Part shown: positions 1 through 13,610 of the stretch, one piece after another
How positions within the stretch are numbered: position 1 is the stretch's first letter
How the letters are laid out: each line of letters starts with the position of its first letter
NCBI RefSeq assembly: GCF_006345805.1
Contig: NC_043007.1
Span: 70,060,001 to 70,124,000 of the forward strand
Direction of reading: 5' to 3'
Length of the DNA stretch: 64,000 bases
DNA from: Octopus sinensis
Lineage: Eukaryota
Program-made: the position numbers and the translations under genes
Notes under the pieces: model-generated
The model's database searches: none
Told to the model about the DNA's origin: nothing
What the model saw: the letters and a program-made list of their open reading frames with translations, nothing else

Positions 1-44
<44 letters not shown>

Positions 45-281
45 ATATATGTATATGTATATGTATGTGTGTGTGTGTGTTGGTCTGTGTTTGTCCCCTA
101 GCATTGCTTGACAACCGATGCTGGTGTGTTACGTCCCCGTCACTAGCGGTTCGACAAAAAGAGACGATACAATAAGTACGGGGCTTACAAAAAGAATAAG
201 TCCCGGGGTCGATTTGCTCGACTAAAGGCGGTGCTCCAGCATGGCCGCAGTCAAATGACTGAAACAAGTAAAAGAGAGAGA

Positions 282-282
<1 letters not shown>
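1..282 (+). mobile_element. OR1-like tRNA/CORE SINE, 3' half (internal TA/GT microsatellite plus tail)
   Basis: Matches the 3' half of the full copy at 21552-21951: tgtgtttgtcccc...ccgatgctggtgtgtt...ggggtcgatttgctcgactaaaggcggtgctccagcatggccgcagtcaaatgactgaaacaagtaaaagag. Confidence 0.85.
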
Positions 283-323
<41 letters not shown>

Positions 324-330
324 TATATAG

Positions 331-525
331 GTATGTGGTATATGTTATGTATATATATATTGTGTGTGCCTGTGTTTGTTCCCTCACCGTCGCTTAGCAG
401 TTCGGCCGATAGAATAAGTACTAGGCTTACAAAGAATTAAGTTCTGGGGTCGATTTGTTCGATTAAAGGCAGTGCTCCAGCATGGCCGCAGTCAAATGAC
501 TGAAGCAAGTAAAAGAATAAAAGAA
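331..525 (+). mobile_element. OR1-like SINE 3' fragment with internal deletion
   Basis: Same tail (ggggtcgatttgttcgattaaaggcagtgctccagcatggccgcagtcaaatgactgaa). Confidence 0.8.
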
Positions 526-529
526 TATA

Positions 530-1374
530 CAGGGTGCGATGAGTAAATCGTCGCTATTTTATATTTTGAATTTTGAGCATGCGCATTGTTTGTTTTTGAC
601 TTTGTCGACTACACAATGTAGTAGGGTCAGTTGGGCACCATGACGCAATTCACTCTGCTAGAAATTTGGAAACGTCATGCTGTTCTGCTTGGCATTCGCG
701 CCGGAAGTTTTAATACGAACAGTGTTTGGGTGTCAGTCTGAGAACAGTGCAATCCGAGGACATGTACAGAGAGTGATAAAAATCAAACATTCAGTCAACA
801 TCATGTTGCTTGAAGTGATCACTAGTGATGGCGACGTTATGCTTCCATTCAACTTCCCACACGGCCTCAGACTCAAAACAGAGGCTTGCATCAAGTGCCT
901 GGAGGAGGTAGAGCTGCCCTGGGGGAAGAGGGTGGCTGCTGGAAGACCCAATGTCTGGCAACAGGTACCATGCCACACAGGCAAGAGAACCTAGTCAATT
1001 TCTGCGACCACATCACCCCTAACATCTGGCCATTTATCTCCCCAGACTGTAACTCACTCGATTATTATCTGTGGCGTGCAGTTGAACGAGATACCAAGAA
1101 AACTCCTTGTCACACTAAAGATGAACTGAAGACAAGGAGTATTATGGCAGCAACCACCAACTTAAACAAGGAGACCGCCCAGAAGAGTTGCAGGTGATTC
1201 CGAAGTCGTCTGGCGTACGTGGTGGAAGCCAATGACAATTTTATCGCATAAATTTACTCTTTAGTATTTCAAGATATTTTAATGCAATTTTGGTAAATAT
1301 ATTTGTTAAAATGAGATGCCAGTGTTATTTTCATTTTTGCGTAATTTAGACGACAATATATTCACCGCACCCTG
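530..1374 (+). mobile_element. Tc1/mariner-superfamily DNA transposon, internally deleted and degenerate (845 bp)
   Basis: Imperfect TIRs CAGGGTGCGATGAGTAAATCGTCG (530) and CAGGGTGCGGTGAATATATTGTCG (reverse complement, ending 1374), flanked by TA at 528-529 and 1375-1376. Frameshifted transposase remnants: ITSDGDVMLPF..., VWQQ..PCHT, WPFISPDCNSLDYYLW (WPxxSPDLNPLD motif). Confidence 0.88.
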
Positions 1375-1418
1375 TATATACATATATACATACATACATA
1401 CATGCATACATACATACA

Positions 1419-1501
<83 letters not shown>

Positions 1502-1651
1502 CACAGAAAGTGTGTCGATTGCCAGCTGGAGAAGGTGTCCTCCTGGAGCTACAAGCTACAGTAACATCCACCCTTAAGGGTTAGCCACATTTAAATGGTA
1601 AATATACTTCACAATGTCGTGCAGCTACTGTTTATACCTCGTTCAGAGATT

Positions 1652-1696
<45 letters not shown>

Positions 1697-4600
1697 TTGT
1701 GTAATAACTTTATATCTAGGGAACTGTTTAAAGAATGATAGGAAGGCTAACACGGAAACAATTACACCATTAAGTACATTCATGTATTAGATCTGAATGA
1801 TTCTGAATTATATTACTCGTACCATAAACCCAACAAGAGCTTCCATTAAGTTCATAGATTTTCTATTTCATCATAGGTATATTATTGAAGGCTTAGGAAT
1901 ATTGCGATGACGGACGCCAACCTTTCTGCAAAAGCATGGATTTTCAACGACATTGTGGAATAGTATAATGAAGTATCCAGAGATCTTTCTTCAAGGATAG
2001 AATTAAATTCATCCTAGACACCCAGTTTAAGCTCGACTGGGGGATTGCAGAGGTACGGGGAACCATATCAGAGAATTTAACGGAAATTCTGCTTGCGCTT
2101 GCCTATCCAATATTAATCGAGTGATGCTGAGACGCTTAGCTGACTCCGTTGAAACAAATAGGGCATCTCGCCATCTCAGCAACAACTCAAGCCCCACAGG
2201 AAAAGCATACAAACTGCCGGGTCCCGCAGTTATCCAGGGCATATGAATAGTAAGGAATCTGGGAGAAACATGAACAACTCTCAGTCCATAAGACACCAGC
2301 CAGGAATCTTGAACTGAGCTATAACGGCGATGAAACATAGGACCCCTGACCACCCGTCTGGAGAATACCCAACCCTGTGACGGGAAAAGGCCGAGTAGGT
2401 GGCAGGTGATATGGTACGGATTACCCTTTTCCTCTAGTGTTGAAACTAACGTCTCCAGGATAGTTTTTCAGGCCCTTGAGAGAGCCTTTCTCTCACAACA
2501 TAGTTACCATAATATTTATAATTGAAATATTACGAAGTTATCCTACTCTGCCACACTCAACGTGGCTTGTATTATGACTGCATCCAATGGATTGAAACTT
2601 GCTGAATATAATGCAGGTACCTATAACGGTGAAACGGGAAACGACGGACTTCCCAAGATCCCAATGAGATTACGCACATCAAGGTATCTGGTTCAAGAGA
2701 ATTCGCAAGAGGAATGGGTGGGGGTTACTGCTGCTGGAAGTGGAGACTTACTGAGTATATCACCAATCCAAGTCGATTCGGACACGATACTCTAGGTTAC
2801 ACCAACTAGGCATGCTTGTCGTTATCCGCTTCGTTACTGCACATAGAATGACTAACGGACCTTTCTATCCTAGGCCCCCATCATAGGGATGTGACTTCAA
2901 AACTTTTGCGCATCTTGCCCTGGTTGGGCAATGTATCCAACCAAATGCATTGAAATGACATTGACTAACTCCAGCCCCTTAAAATTACTGGTCATGGGCC
3001 TCATTCAGAAATCATTATTATTATTGGCGAATTTTTCAATGCACTCGACGATAAACATTTACATATTTAACCACTTGTTACTCGTGAAATTTATGTATAA
3101 ACAGCTGAGCATTCCACAGGTACGTGTACCCTTAACGCAATTGCGGGGTGGATTTTGCGTGACCGACTATGTCAGAGCTGGAGTTTTGAATAACAGGTAA
3201 AATTGAATGAGCGAGTGTGTGAGAGAGAGAGAGAGAGAGAGGGAGAGAGGGAGAGAGAGAGGGAGAGAGAGAGAGAGAGATTTTATTTGTCGAAAAGAAT
3301 AAACATTCGGTCTCGGTGGGGATTTGAAATCAAGGAACAGACTTGTTACTCGTCCTACAATTCGGGGGAATTCGCCGACATCAAGTTTGCCCTTCATCCT
3401 TTACGAGAAAGAAAGTAGCAGCGTAGTTTTGACGTTCTTCTAATGGATTAACGCTCGAAATTTCTAGCCTCGTGCTTTTCTAATAAACATTTACAAATTA
3501 ATATGTTTTCCTTTTGCAAATCCTCGTCGTCACAGCTACACGCAGTGGAGAAGCACAGAACAGAACAGACGAAGATCTCTGTAGTAGTAGTAGTAGTAGT
3601 AGTAGTAGAGTAGTAGTAGTAATTTCTGTTGTTAATTATTCATTTGTCTTCTTTTTTTTTTTGTCGTTTCTCTTCCATCGTCATCACTTCCTTCTACACC
3701 CCTCCTCCCTTCCATTTACTGTTTTTACATCATTTACATGTGAAAACATTTCCTCTCTTTACTATATCACATCTTTTGTAGCAGTCAACTTCATCAGCTT
3801 TCGTTGTCTAGTTTTTTCTTATTCTTTATAGATCCTACTATAGAAGAAGATCGCTTCTTCTTTTTTTATATTTTCCTTCTCTTTTTACTGGCTCCCGTTT
3901 CTCTTTATCCAGCGTCGTTCTATTTCTTTTAACTCTCACCACCACCACCTCCACCACCACCACCACCACCACCACCAGATCCACCGCCCGCCTCCACCAC
4001 CACCACCTACGGTGCAATAACGGTCATCTTTAACATTTGCTCGATAATGACCACCTAACATCAAGCTCGGTGTGGAAAACGTACATAAACACTTAACCAA
4101 AGAATACTTTTGCCGCTAATCCCAACTTAGCTGCTCGTTCACTACCGTATGGATGCACAACCAACCATGTAAAACACTCTTCCTCTCTCCTACTTTTCCT
4201 CTTTCACCTTCCTCCACCTTTTCCTCGTTTTTGCTCGTTGTATTCTGCTCTTCTTTTTCATTCCTTTCTCTCTCTCTCTCTCTCTCTCCTGTTTATCTTT
4301 GCTGTGTACTTTTCGGATTCAAACCTCTACAACTTATAATTGTCGCCTGGATTGTATATTCTTCTATAGCAGCAAAAGACGAACAACAAACAGTCTTTTA
4401 GTTCGGTCATTCGTGGACTATGCATCGAGAATTTTTCTTGTTTTGTTTCATTCTTCGCTGCCCTTTTATGTTGCAAGTTCTCTTTGATATTTCTCCCTAT
4501 CAACTGATCGCTAGCAGCAGTTGAAATGAAAAACAATCACCGTGGATGTATTCTACTTTTGCGGAGTCTCTCTTAACTTGTTACTATGCTCCATGCAGCC

Positions 4601-4948
4601 AGCTCAGGGCAAACTTATGTTTTTAACAAAATAGAGGGGGTTAGTCAGAACCCCCAGCGAGTAATACATCCTTTACCTCACAGAACTACCCACACCACAT
4701 CTAAAAAAAAAACATCTTATCTACCCTGCACAAATTTTGACAAGTAAATAATCCTTCAGTCACAACTCTCTCTCTCTCTCTCACACACACATACACACAC
4801 AAATACACACATACACATACACAAACACACACACACACACAAACAAACACACACACACACACCACACACACACACACACACACAACACACACACACACGC
4901 ACACACAAAGAAAAAATAACCCTCCTCAAATAGAAGTTACCGATCGTG

Positions 4949-5288
4949 ATGCCGCGGCCGGGAAACCATGGCTGTTTTTCATTCCTCCACCTACAGGAGG
5001 ATAATGCGCGTTTCTTGTTGCTTTTCGTTGTTATGATGGGCTACCTTGTGTTTGGAGCCGGCATCTTCATGATTCTGGAGTCTCCGAACGAAGAGGCTGA
5101 ACGAATAAAAATCAACGCCTCGGTTGAGGCTTTTCTGGAAAGATACCCGGAGGCAAACCGCACCGATCTGGAATTACTCCTACTCGAATATGCCCGCGCA
5201 AGTGCCGCCGGCTTTGTCGAAAGTAAAGCGGCTCGTTGGGACTTCGTTGGATCATTTTACTTTGTTGGTACTGTTGTTTCAACTATAG
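4949..5288 (+). CDS. KCNK13: First coding exon of a two-pore-domain (K2P) potassium channel, THIK (KCNK13/KCNK12)-like; covers N-terminus, M1, cap and pore helix 1 up to the selectivity filter; partial gene
   Basis: ATG at 4949 gives MPRPGNHGCFSFLHLQEDNARFLLLFVVMMGYLVFGAGIFMILE...RWDFVGSFYFVGTVVSTIG. The EDNARFLLL and RWDFxGxFYFVGTVVSTIG motifs match vertebrate THIK-1/2 as I recall them. The exon ends ACTATAG|GTAAGC (5288/5289), a canonical phase-1 donor; 340 nt = 113 codons + 1. There are two N-glycosylation sequons (NAS, NRT) in the cap. The symbol denotes the family; KCNK12 vs KCNK13 orthology cannot be resolved for an invertebrate. Confidence 0.93.
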
Positions 5289-6390
5289 GTAAGCCGAGCT
5301 ATTTTATAATTGCCTGCGTACAGTGTTTTCTACTTTCCCTTTTATACGGCTATGTATACTCTCATATCTTTGCTATATGGCTTTCTCTACCTTTATATCA
5401 TTGCTTCATTTAGTCGTCACGGAAGGCAAGAAATGAACTACTAAATTCAAGAACCATGCGGTTAATACTCTGCTTACAAACGTGTCCACACACACACACA
5501 CACACACTTGCGCGCGCGTACATATTTCTCACTGCATTTAAAGTGAGATGCGAATCACACGAGTTGTATATTGCGTCCTGTAAACTACAGAAATAACCAG
5601 TTATTTGGTTCTTAAGTACGTTCATTATATGCAAACAGGTGCTTTAAGCACAATCAAAAGGGAAACAAACTAAACTCATATAAGGAACGTGGGGAATCTC
5701 TCTATCTATTTCTTTCTCCTCTCTCTATATATATATACATATGTGTGTGCGTGTGTGTATATGTATGCATTGTATATATCCATACCTGCATACATATGTA
5801 TTTATACATATATTCATACATATATATTTACAAACATACATACATAATACATACATACATACATCATATATACATACATACATACATACATACATACATA
5901 CATACATACATACATACATACATGCATGCATACATACACGCATACATACATAGATATGTGCTCAGATATACACGGAGAAAGATAGTGATACACATAAACG
6001 GCTATGTATACATAAGCGGTCATATGCCTCTATAAGCAAAATGCTTCATAGTATAGAGCTATTAGTGTATAGAGAGGAAAACACACACACACACACACAC
6101 GCTAGCACACACACACACTCACACACACATTCGCACACACGTACCTATAAAGTATGAACTAAATATAAATATATATGTGCCCCAGCATGGTCGCTGTCTA
6201 ATGCTCGAAACAAATAAAAGATATATATATGTACAGTTAAACTTTTAATCTATTTGTTCATTACAACCAACGATGGTACTCGTCTACCTGGATGTAGAGT
6301 GAATGCTGAACTAGAATACAATATGATGCTGGTATACCTTGCGTTTGAACTCGGTGTTTCTCAAACTACAGCACAGCACACTGGTAGGCC

Positions 6391-6670
6391 GTCGTAAGGG
6401 GGTATCTACGTGTGCCGCAAGGGGCATCTGTATGTACCGCAAGGGTTATCGAGATATGTCGCAAGGGGCATCTAATTGTGCTCCAAGAGGTATCTAGATG
6501 CGCTGCTAGGGGTATCTATATTTTCCATCAATGAATATCTAGGTATGCGGAAGAGTTATCTGGGTTCGTTCGGGGTTTATCTAGGTGCGTCGCACGGGGT
6601 GTCTATATTTTCTGCAAAAGGAATCTATTTGCAGAATAGGAATCTATAGGTGCATCGCAAGGGGAATCTT
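6391..6670. repeat. Degenerate ~22-bp GC-rich minisatellite (~12 units, consensus roughly GTCGCAAGGGGTATCTAGATGT)
   Basis: Successive units gccgcaaggggcatctgtatgt / accgcaagggttatcgagatat / gtcgcaaggggcatctaattgt / gctccaagaggtatctagatgc, etc. Confidence 0.75.
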
Positions 6671-7197
6671 TGAAGAACCTACAAAAATAATGTCTTGAAA
6701 AAACGTGTTGTTCATAAATTTGTGGTCCTTAACAAAATAAGCAGTGGTACCTTTCAAAACTGATATGATTAAGGTAGGGTTGACTGTGGAATGAGATTGT
6801 TTGCTGCGTGGTGAGGTAAGAACCGTAGAATACGAGGGAAGATTCCTGTGAGTCGAGGACAAGATGCTTCGGTTCCTAAAAGTAATTAGATTGCTATTAT
6901 GGCCCTGATACCATTGGGAAAATGCATGAAGCTCTCACAAGTTCACCCATCACGTTTTGCTGGCTGTAAATCTCGTGTATAATTCTGTAAAAGTGCGTTA
7001 ATCGTGTGCAGGAATGAGGGCTGTGAAGATGGGGGACCCGACTTCGAATCTCGATTGTTGATTTACGTCACTAATGACCTTGGGAAACGTATGAACGTCA
7101 TTACTTCCCATATCCACCCCTCCCCTGAAAGTATTACTACTTCTGTAACAAATACAACTTAGTGTGCAGAATGAATATAAAGCGGATAATTGTAAGT

Positions 7198-7350
<153 letters not shown>

Positions 7351-7489
7351 AGTCCGATGATGGGTCAGCTAGCCGAAACTTCGAAGACACTGTCAATACG
7401 ATTCTTGTTAAAGAATAATAAATTTTCACTCTACCAAAAGTATTGAGCAATCCTTCAGTATAATGTAAAATTGTTTTTATCATAACACA

Positions 7490-7494
7490 CACAC

Positions 7495-7527
<33 letters not shown>

Positions 7528-7752
7528 TGTATGTATGTATGTATGTATGTATGTATGTATCTATGTATGTATCTATGTATGTATGCATGTATGTATGCAT
7601 GTATGTATGTATGTATGTATGTATGTATGTATATGTATACGCACACGCATATATATATATGCATGCATGTATGTATATATGTGCACACACATATATGTAT
7701 ATATATGTATATGTATATACATATATATTATATATATTACATATATATATAG

Positions 7753-7836
<84 letters not shown>

Positions 7837-8200
7837 ATAAATAAATATACATACATACATACATATATATGTGTGTGTGTGTGTATACATACACACATAC
7901 GGAAAGACAGACAAGAGACACAGAGAAAGAAAGAGAGAGTGAGAAAGAAAGTAGACGATGATAATATTGTGTGTTAGTGAATCTGGCAAAGTTGGCTGTA
8001 GCAGCTGAAGCCCAGGTGAGTGACAGATTGTAAAGGCGGTTGGATGATGAGTGGACACTAACCCTGGGTATATTTGTGCATTGCTGGGCGGATTAAAGCA
8101 CAGGTAAATTGACAGATGTGTGACTCTTACGGTGGCATCACCGATGGTTGCATGTGTGTGTATGTATGTGTGGTGTGTGTGTTGTGTGTGTCTGAGTGTA

Positions 8201-8241
<41 letters not shown>

Positions 8242-8726
8242 AGGAGAGAGAAAGTATGTGTATGGTTGACGTATTGTTTTAGAATTTGTATGAGACAGAA
8301 TGTATGAGATAGGATTAGACAAGAGAAAGGTGAACATGCTGCTTTGCGCGGGCGGGCAGGCAGGTAGGCAGGCAGGTAGGTGAGTGTGCGTACTCGCACG
8401 GGTATGTGTGTGTGTATGCATGTGCGTGCATATGTCTATGTGTATGCGTGTGTGTGTGTGTTTGTGTGCGTTTATGTGTATATGTAAGTGCAGGTATGGC
8501 AGTGTTGACAGATGAGTGTTTGGGAATGTAAGAAAGAAAGAGACACAGAGGCAAAGAGAGAGAGACAGAGAGATGAGAGAGAGGAGAGATAGAGAGGAGA
8601 GAGAGGAGAGAGAGGAGAGAGAGGAGAGAGAGGAGAGAGAGGAGAGAGAGAGAACGGGAGACAAAGAAAGGGGTGACGATGCACGTGCGTGTGCATGGAA
8701 GAGAATGAGTGAGGTAAATAGGGAAG

Positions 8727-8770
<44 letters not shown>

Positions 8771-8913
8771 TGTGGTGTGTGTGTGTGTGTGTGTGAATGT
8801 ATATGCGTGAATGTATATGCGTGTATGTGAGCATGTGTGCATGTGACTATACGTATGCGAGAGTGTGTTAGAGAGATGGAAATGACTCTGGAAAACAAAA
8901 GGTAGATGAAAAA

Positions 8914-8967
<54 letters not shown>

Positions 8968-9137
8968 TAGAGAGAGAGAGAGAAAGAGTAAGCGGGAATA
9001 GGAAAAATGAAGCGATAGGTAATATGTATCTACAAACAAGAACACCCCACCAGACACACAATGCAAAGCGCGCACTTGCTCATACACGCACACAAATCCG
9101 TATGTACATATAGCATGTTAGTATATTTGCATGTTAG

Positions 9138-9199
<62 letters not shown>

Positions 9200-9260
9200 A
9201 TATATATATATATAGTTTGTATATATATATATTATATATATGTATGAAATGGGAGAGAGA
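7490..9260. repeat. Large compound microsatellite field (TATG, TA, GT, GA, GAGAGAGGA)
   Basis: Directly visible; source of the spurious 436-aa and 248-aa ORFs. Confidence 0.92.
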
Positions 9261-9488
9261 GATTGAGTGAGAGAGAAATGAAAAAGGGTGAAGAGAATAT
9301 GAAGAGAGACTGAGCGGCAGAGATAGCGTGGAACTATAATTAATGTTATACGAGGATTTTCATCTTCAGAAACCGAGTCGAATCGATATTCCTGACTTTG
9401 TTTTTCTGCTGCAGTAGGAACAAGTATTTGTTTATTGGCGCTGCACTATATACAACATATGCGTGTGTGTGTGTCCATATATTTGTGT

Positions 9489-9536
<48 letters not shown>

Positions 9537-9547
9537 TGTAAGTGTGT

Positions 9548-10233
9548 GTGAACAGATGCTAATTCGTATGTAGTTATATCTGCGCGTATTTATTTAAGTG
9601 TGAAGATGTTAATCTGCTCAAGTGCGTGCATAGCTTCTTGTGTGTGTGTATATATATATATATATACTGTTTCACTCTTTTACTTGTTTCAGTCATTTTG
9701 ACTGTAGCCGTGCTGGAGCATCACATTTAGTCGAGCAAATCGACCCCAGGACTTATTCTGCGTAAGCCTAGTACTTATTCTATCGGTCTTGGTAGTACTT
9801 ATTCTATTGGATTTGGTAGACGGAAACTGAAAGAAGTTCGTCGTATACATGTATATATATATATATATGTATATATTATATATATATATACATGTGTGTG
9901 TGTGGGGGGGTGTATGCTTGTGTCTCTGTGTTTGTCCCCACAACACCGATGCTGGTGTGTTTACGTCCTCGTAACTTAGTGGATCGGCAATAGAGACCGA
10001 TAGAATAAGTACTAGGCTTACAATGAATAAGTCCTGGGGTCGATTTGCTCGACTAAATGTGGTGCTCCAGCATGACTACAGTCACAATGACTGAAACAGG
10101 TAAAAGAGTGAAAGAGTATATATATATATATATACACACACAAGAAGCTATGCACGCACTTGAGCAGATTAACATCTTCACACTTAAATAAATACGCGCA
10201 GATATAACTACATACGAATTAGCATCTGTTCAC
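9548..10233. repeat. Long inverted duplication: arms ~9548-9788 and ~9993-10233, each made of 93 bp of unique DNA plus an OR1-like SINE tail
   Basis: 9548-9640 is the exact reverse complement of 10141-10233. The SINE-tail halves are reverse complements with ~9 mismatches in ~125 bp. The spacer is the internal part of the SINE. Confidence 0.93.
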
Positions 10234-10244
10234 ATACACAATCT

Positions 10245-11165
<921 letters not shown>

Positions 11166-12349
11166 GAAAAGCAGGCAAGCAGACAAACACAGACAAGTAT
11201 AAGACTACAAGAAGCTAAGAAAAAATAATTGAAAAGGCTGGATGACATGAATTCGTTCGACAAAAGAGATCTTTGGTCTTCTGAACATTGCACGCGGTAA
11301 ATTTATTTTATCAAAACTCTCCTTCGTGTATAAGAAAAGAAAGAAAACCTGGCGCTAATTATTATCAATCTGAATTTGAAGGGGAGATAATCATAATTTC
11401 CTCTTAGATTTTACTTTCAGTTTCATTGAGATTTTGTTTGGCCAAATCTGTTCTGAAACTCATTTTCTGTATGTTAAATTTTGTATATCTTATCGTATGC
11501 GAGAAGGACAATGCAGCACTGATGAAGCCCAATCGGGATGGAAGCATGTGTCCATAACTGCCCTTTCCACCTCTGAAAATAAATACACAGTTTGCCAATT
11601 ACAAAATGAGTTTATAACATAATTAGCCATGGAAAATCTAAAACTACAAGTAGTTAAGAGAAAACTGAGAAATTTTTTCCTTCCAATATTTTATCGTGAA
11701 ATGGCATTGAATACACTCACGCCAACTTTGCAACCCAGTTTTCTACATTCTTTACTGGGGAGGCCATATCGAAGCTGGAGCACGTGTCTATTGCTATTTC
11801 TCGCCCTTGAAACAAAGATCAGATTCCACCCTTAACCCTAACTAAATTTCAATTTAGCCATGAAAATTTTCTCTTCGTTTTGAAATTATCTTCCCTAATT
11901 ACCTGACCTGCTAATCATTGTAGCAAGGATTTGGTTTCCTTATTCTGTTTGAGGAGGAAATAATAATTAATTAATACTAGTTAATTAAGAATTATTAGTT
12001 AATTGATATTAGTCAATTAAGAATTTAGAATTTATCATATACTGCATTCAGTCTCTATTCTTTTATGTATAATTAATACCACTAACCACTTTGAGTTACT
12101 TTCTTTTACATCATAAAACATTCACACGGACGCACACACATGCACACGTGCACACACATACATACAGGCACACACGCACTCATGTACACGCACACTCTCT
12201 CACACACACACATACACTAGCACACACAAATATCTCGTACTTAATTTGTATATTAAAATAGGCGCTTAGAAGTGCATATTTATGTTCACAGTATTCAACT
12301 TAATATCGGGTGGACACACGTATTTTGTGTAGTCCAAACACTTTATGCG

Positions 12350-12700
12350 ACTTATAGATCTGGTGATGGGTTTTCAATGTTACTAGCTGTGGGCCATGCT
12401 GTTCACTGATTTGCTGTGTTGCTTCATACGATTTGCAGTGTTATTTAATCGAGTTTTGATTATTGTTTTGATTGTTGTTTCCTCCGCACCTACTATTGGT
12501 GGGGCGTGTCTCCTTACTCCAAGTCTAGGCCAAATGAAGCTACTGATGTCGGATGTATAAGATGTTTTGTCTTTATATTTGTCTTGGTTGAATGTTTGGA
12601 GGCGCTTTCTTTTATGTCATGGCAAAGACGTGAAACTTAACCGCTTGAAAGAGACAGAAATCACTGCATGCTTAGGAGGTAATTTTTGTTTGGTTTGTAG
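12350..12700 (+). mobile_element. Possible highly decayed L1/Tx1 ORF2 C-terminal fragment
   Basis: Weak resemblance to the 15100-15480 segment (Cys-motif remnant tgttactagctgtggg; gtctttatatttgtcttggtt similar to VFLCLV). Confidence 0.3.
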
Positions 12701-13379
12701 TTATAATGTATGGTATGTGTACAACATATTATAACGTGTACTTTTATGAACCCTGTAAGTGAAACGGGAGAATTAAACAGGCTGATATAATCTATAACAG
12801 TTCTAATCTACATTGTTATTTCTTTATGTTGTTAAATATATTATATGTTGTGCGCTCTAAGTATGTGACGTTTTGGTTTCTTTGCCCTGTATTTTTTGTG
12901 TTCAACTAATGTTATGAAGCTGTTTTGTGTTACTTCTGACATTTTGATTTATGTGTAGTTTGTTTTATGATGTTATTGAGCGTTGTTGCTGCCTGTATTT
13001 GATATTCTCTAATGCTATATAGAAGAAAGACCACAATAGATTTGGTATGTGTTACTTTTCTCGTTTGTCACTAGAATTTTAAGTGATGAAAATAAGGTTG
13101 GGTTGTGTGCCTGTAACAGGAGAGTAGTATGACGACGTGAGTGTGATGTCACTTGTGTATAAAGCTGTGAGTACATTCTGAGAAGTTGATGGAAGTTCGT
13201 GTAAATATTGATTGAAGAGAGTTGGAGGAACGATGGCGTAGTGTTATACTCTTTTGGGGATATCGTCAGTTCTGGAAGTATAGATAGGTTGAAGATCTTG
13301 CCATGCGTTTCTTGAAGTGATTTTATCGAGAAAATAATAAATGACAGAAAGTGCAAAGCAAAAGCGAAGATTTTGGAGA

Positions 13380-13610
13380 ACATATGCAGAGAAAAATCTC
13401 TACAAAGGTGAAATGCTGCGAAAAGCCGATAAGAACCTCAAAATCTGGGAAGTGATGGTTAAGTGAACGTGAATGGCAAATCCGCGACAAATCTAGTGGA
13501 AAATAAGTGCGATGATGCTTTCGGGGGAAAACTGTAGGTGTCAACGATGATGAACTAACTGAACTGGTCAGGAGGACTTTCGGGCCAGAGACTACTTCTG
13601 TCACAAATAT
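13380..13610 (+). mobile_element. L1/Tx1-type LINE ORF2 fragment
   Basis: taagtgcgatgatgctttcggg...gatgatgaactaactgaactggtcaggaggactttcgggcc aligns with 15067-15150 (KCDDAFG..DEDEL..LFRRTFGP). Confidence 0.65.

Noticed and set aside
6391-6670. CRISPR-like appearance of the 22-bp repeat and of the SINE multimers
   Set aside because: Eukaryotic context, no unique spacers of constant length, no cas genes.
7030-7105. Possible ancient CORE-SINE (ttcgaatctc...gaccttgggaaac)
   Set aside because: Too short and diverged to support without a profile search.
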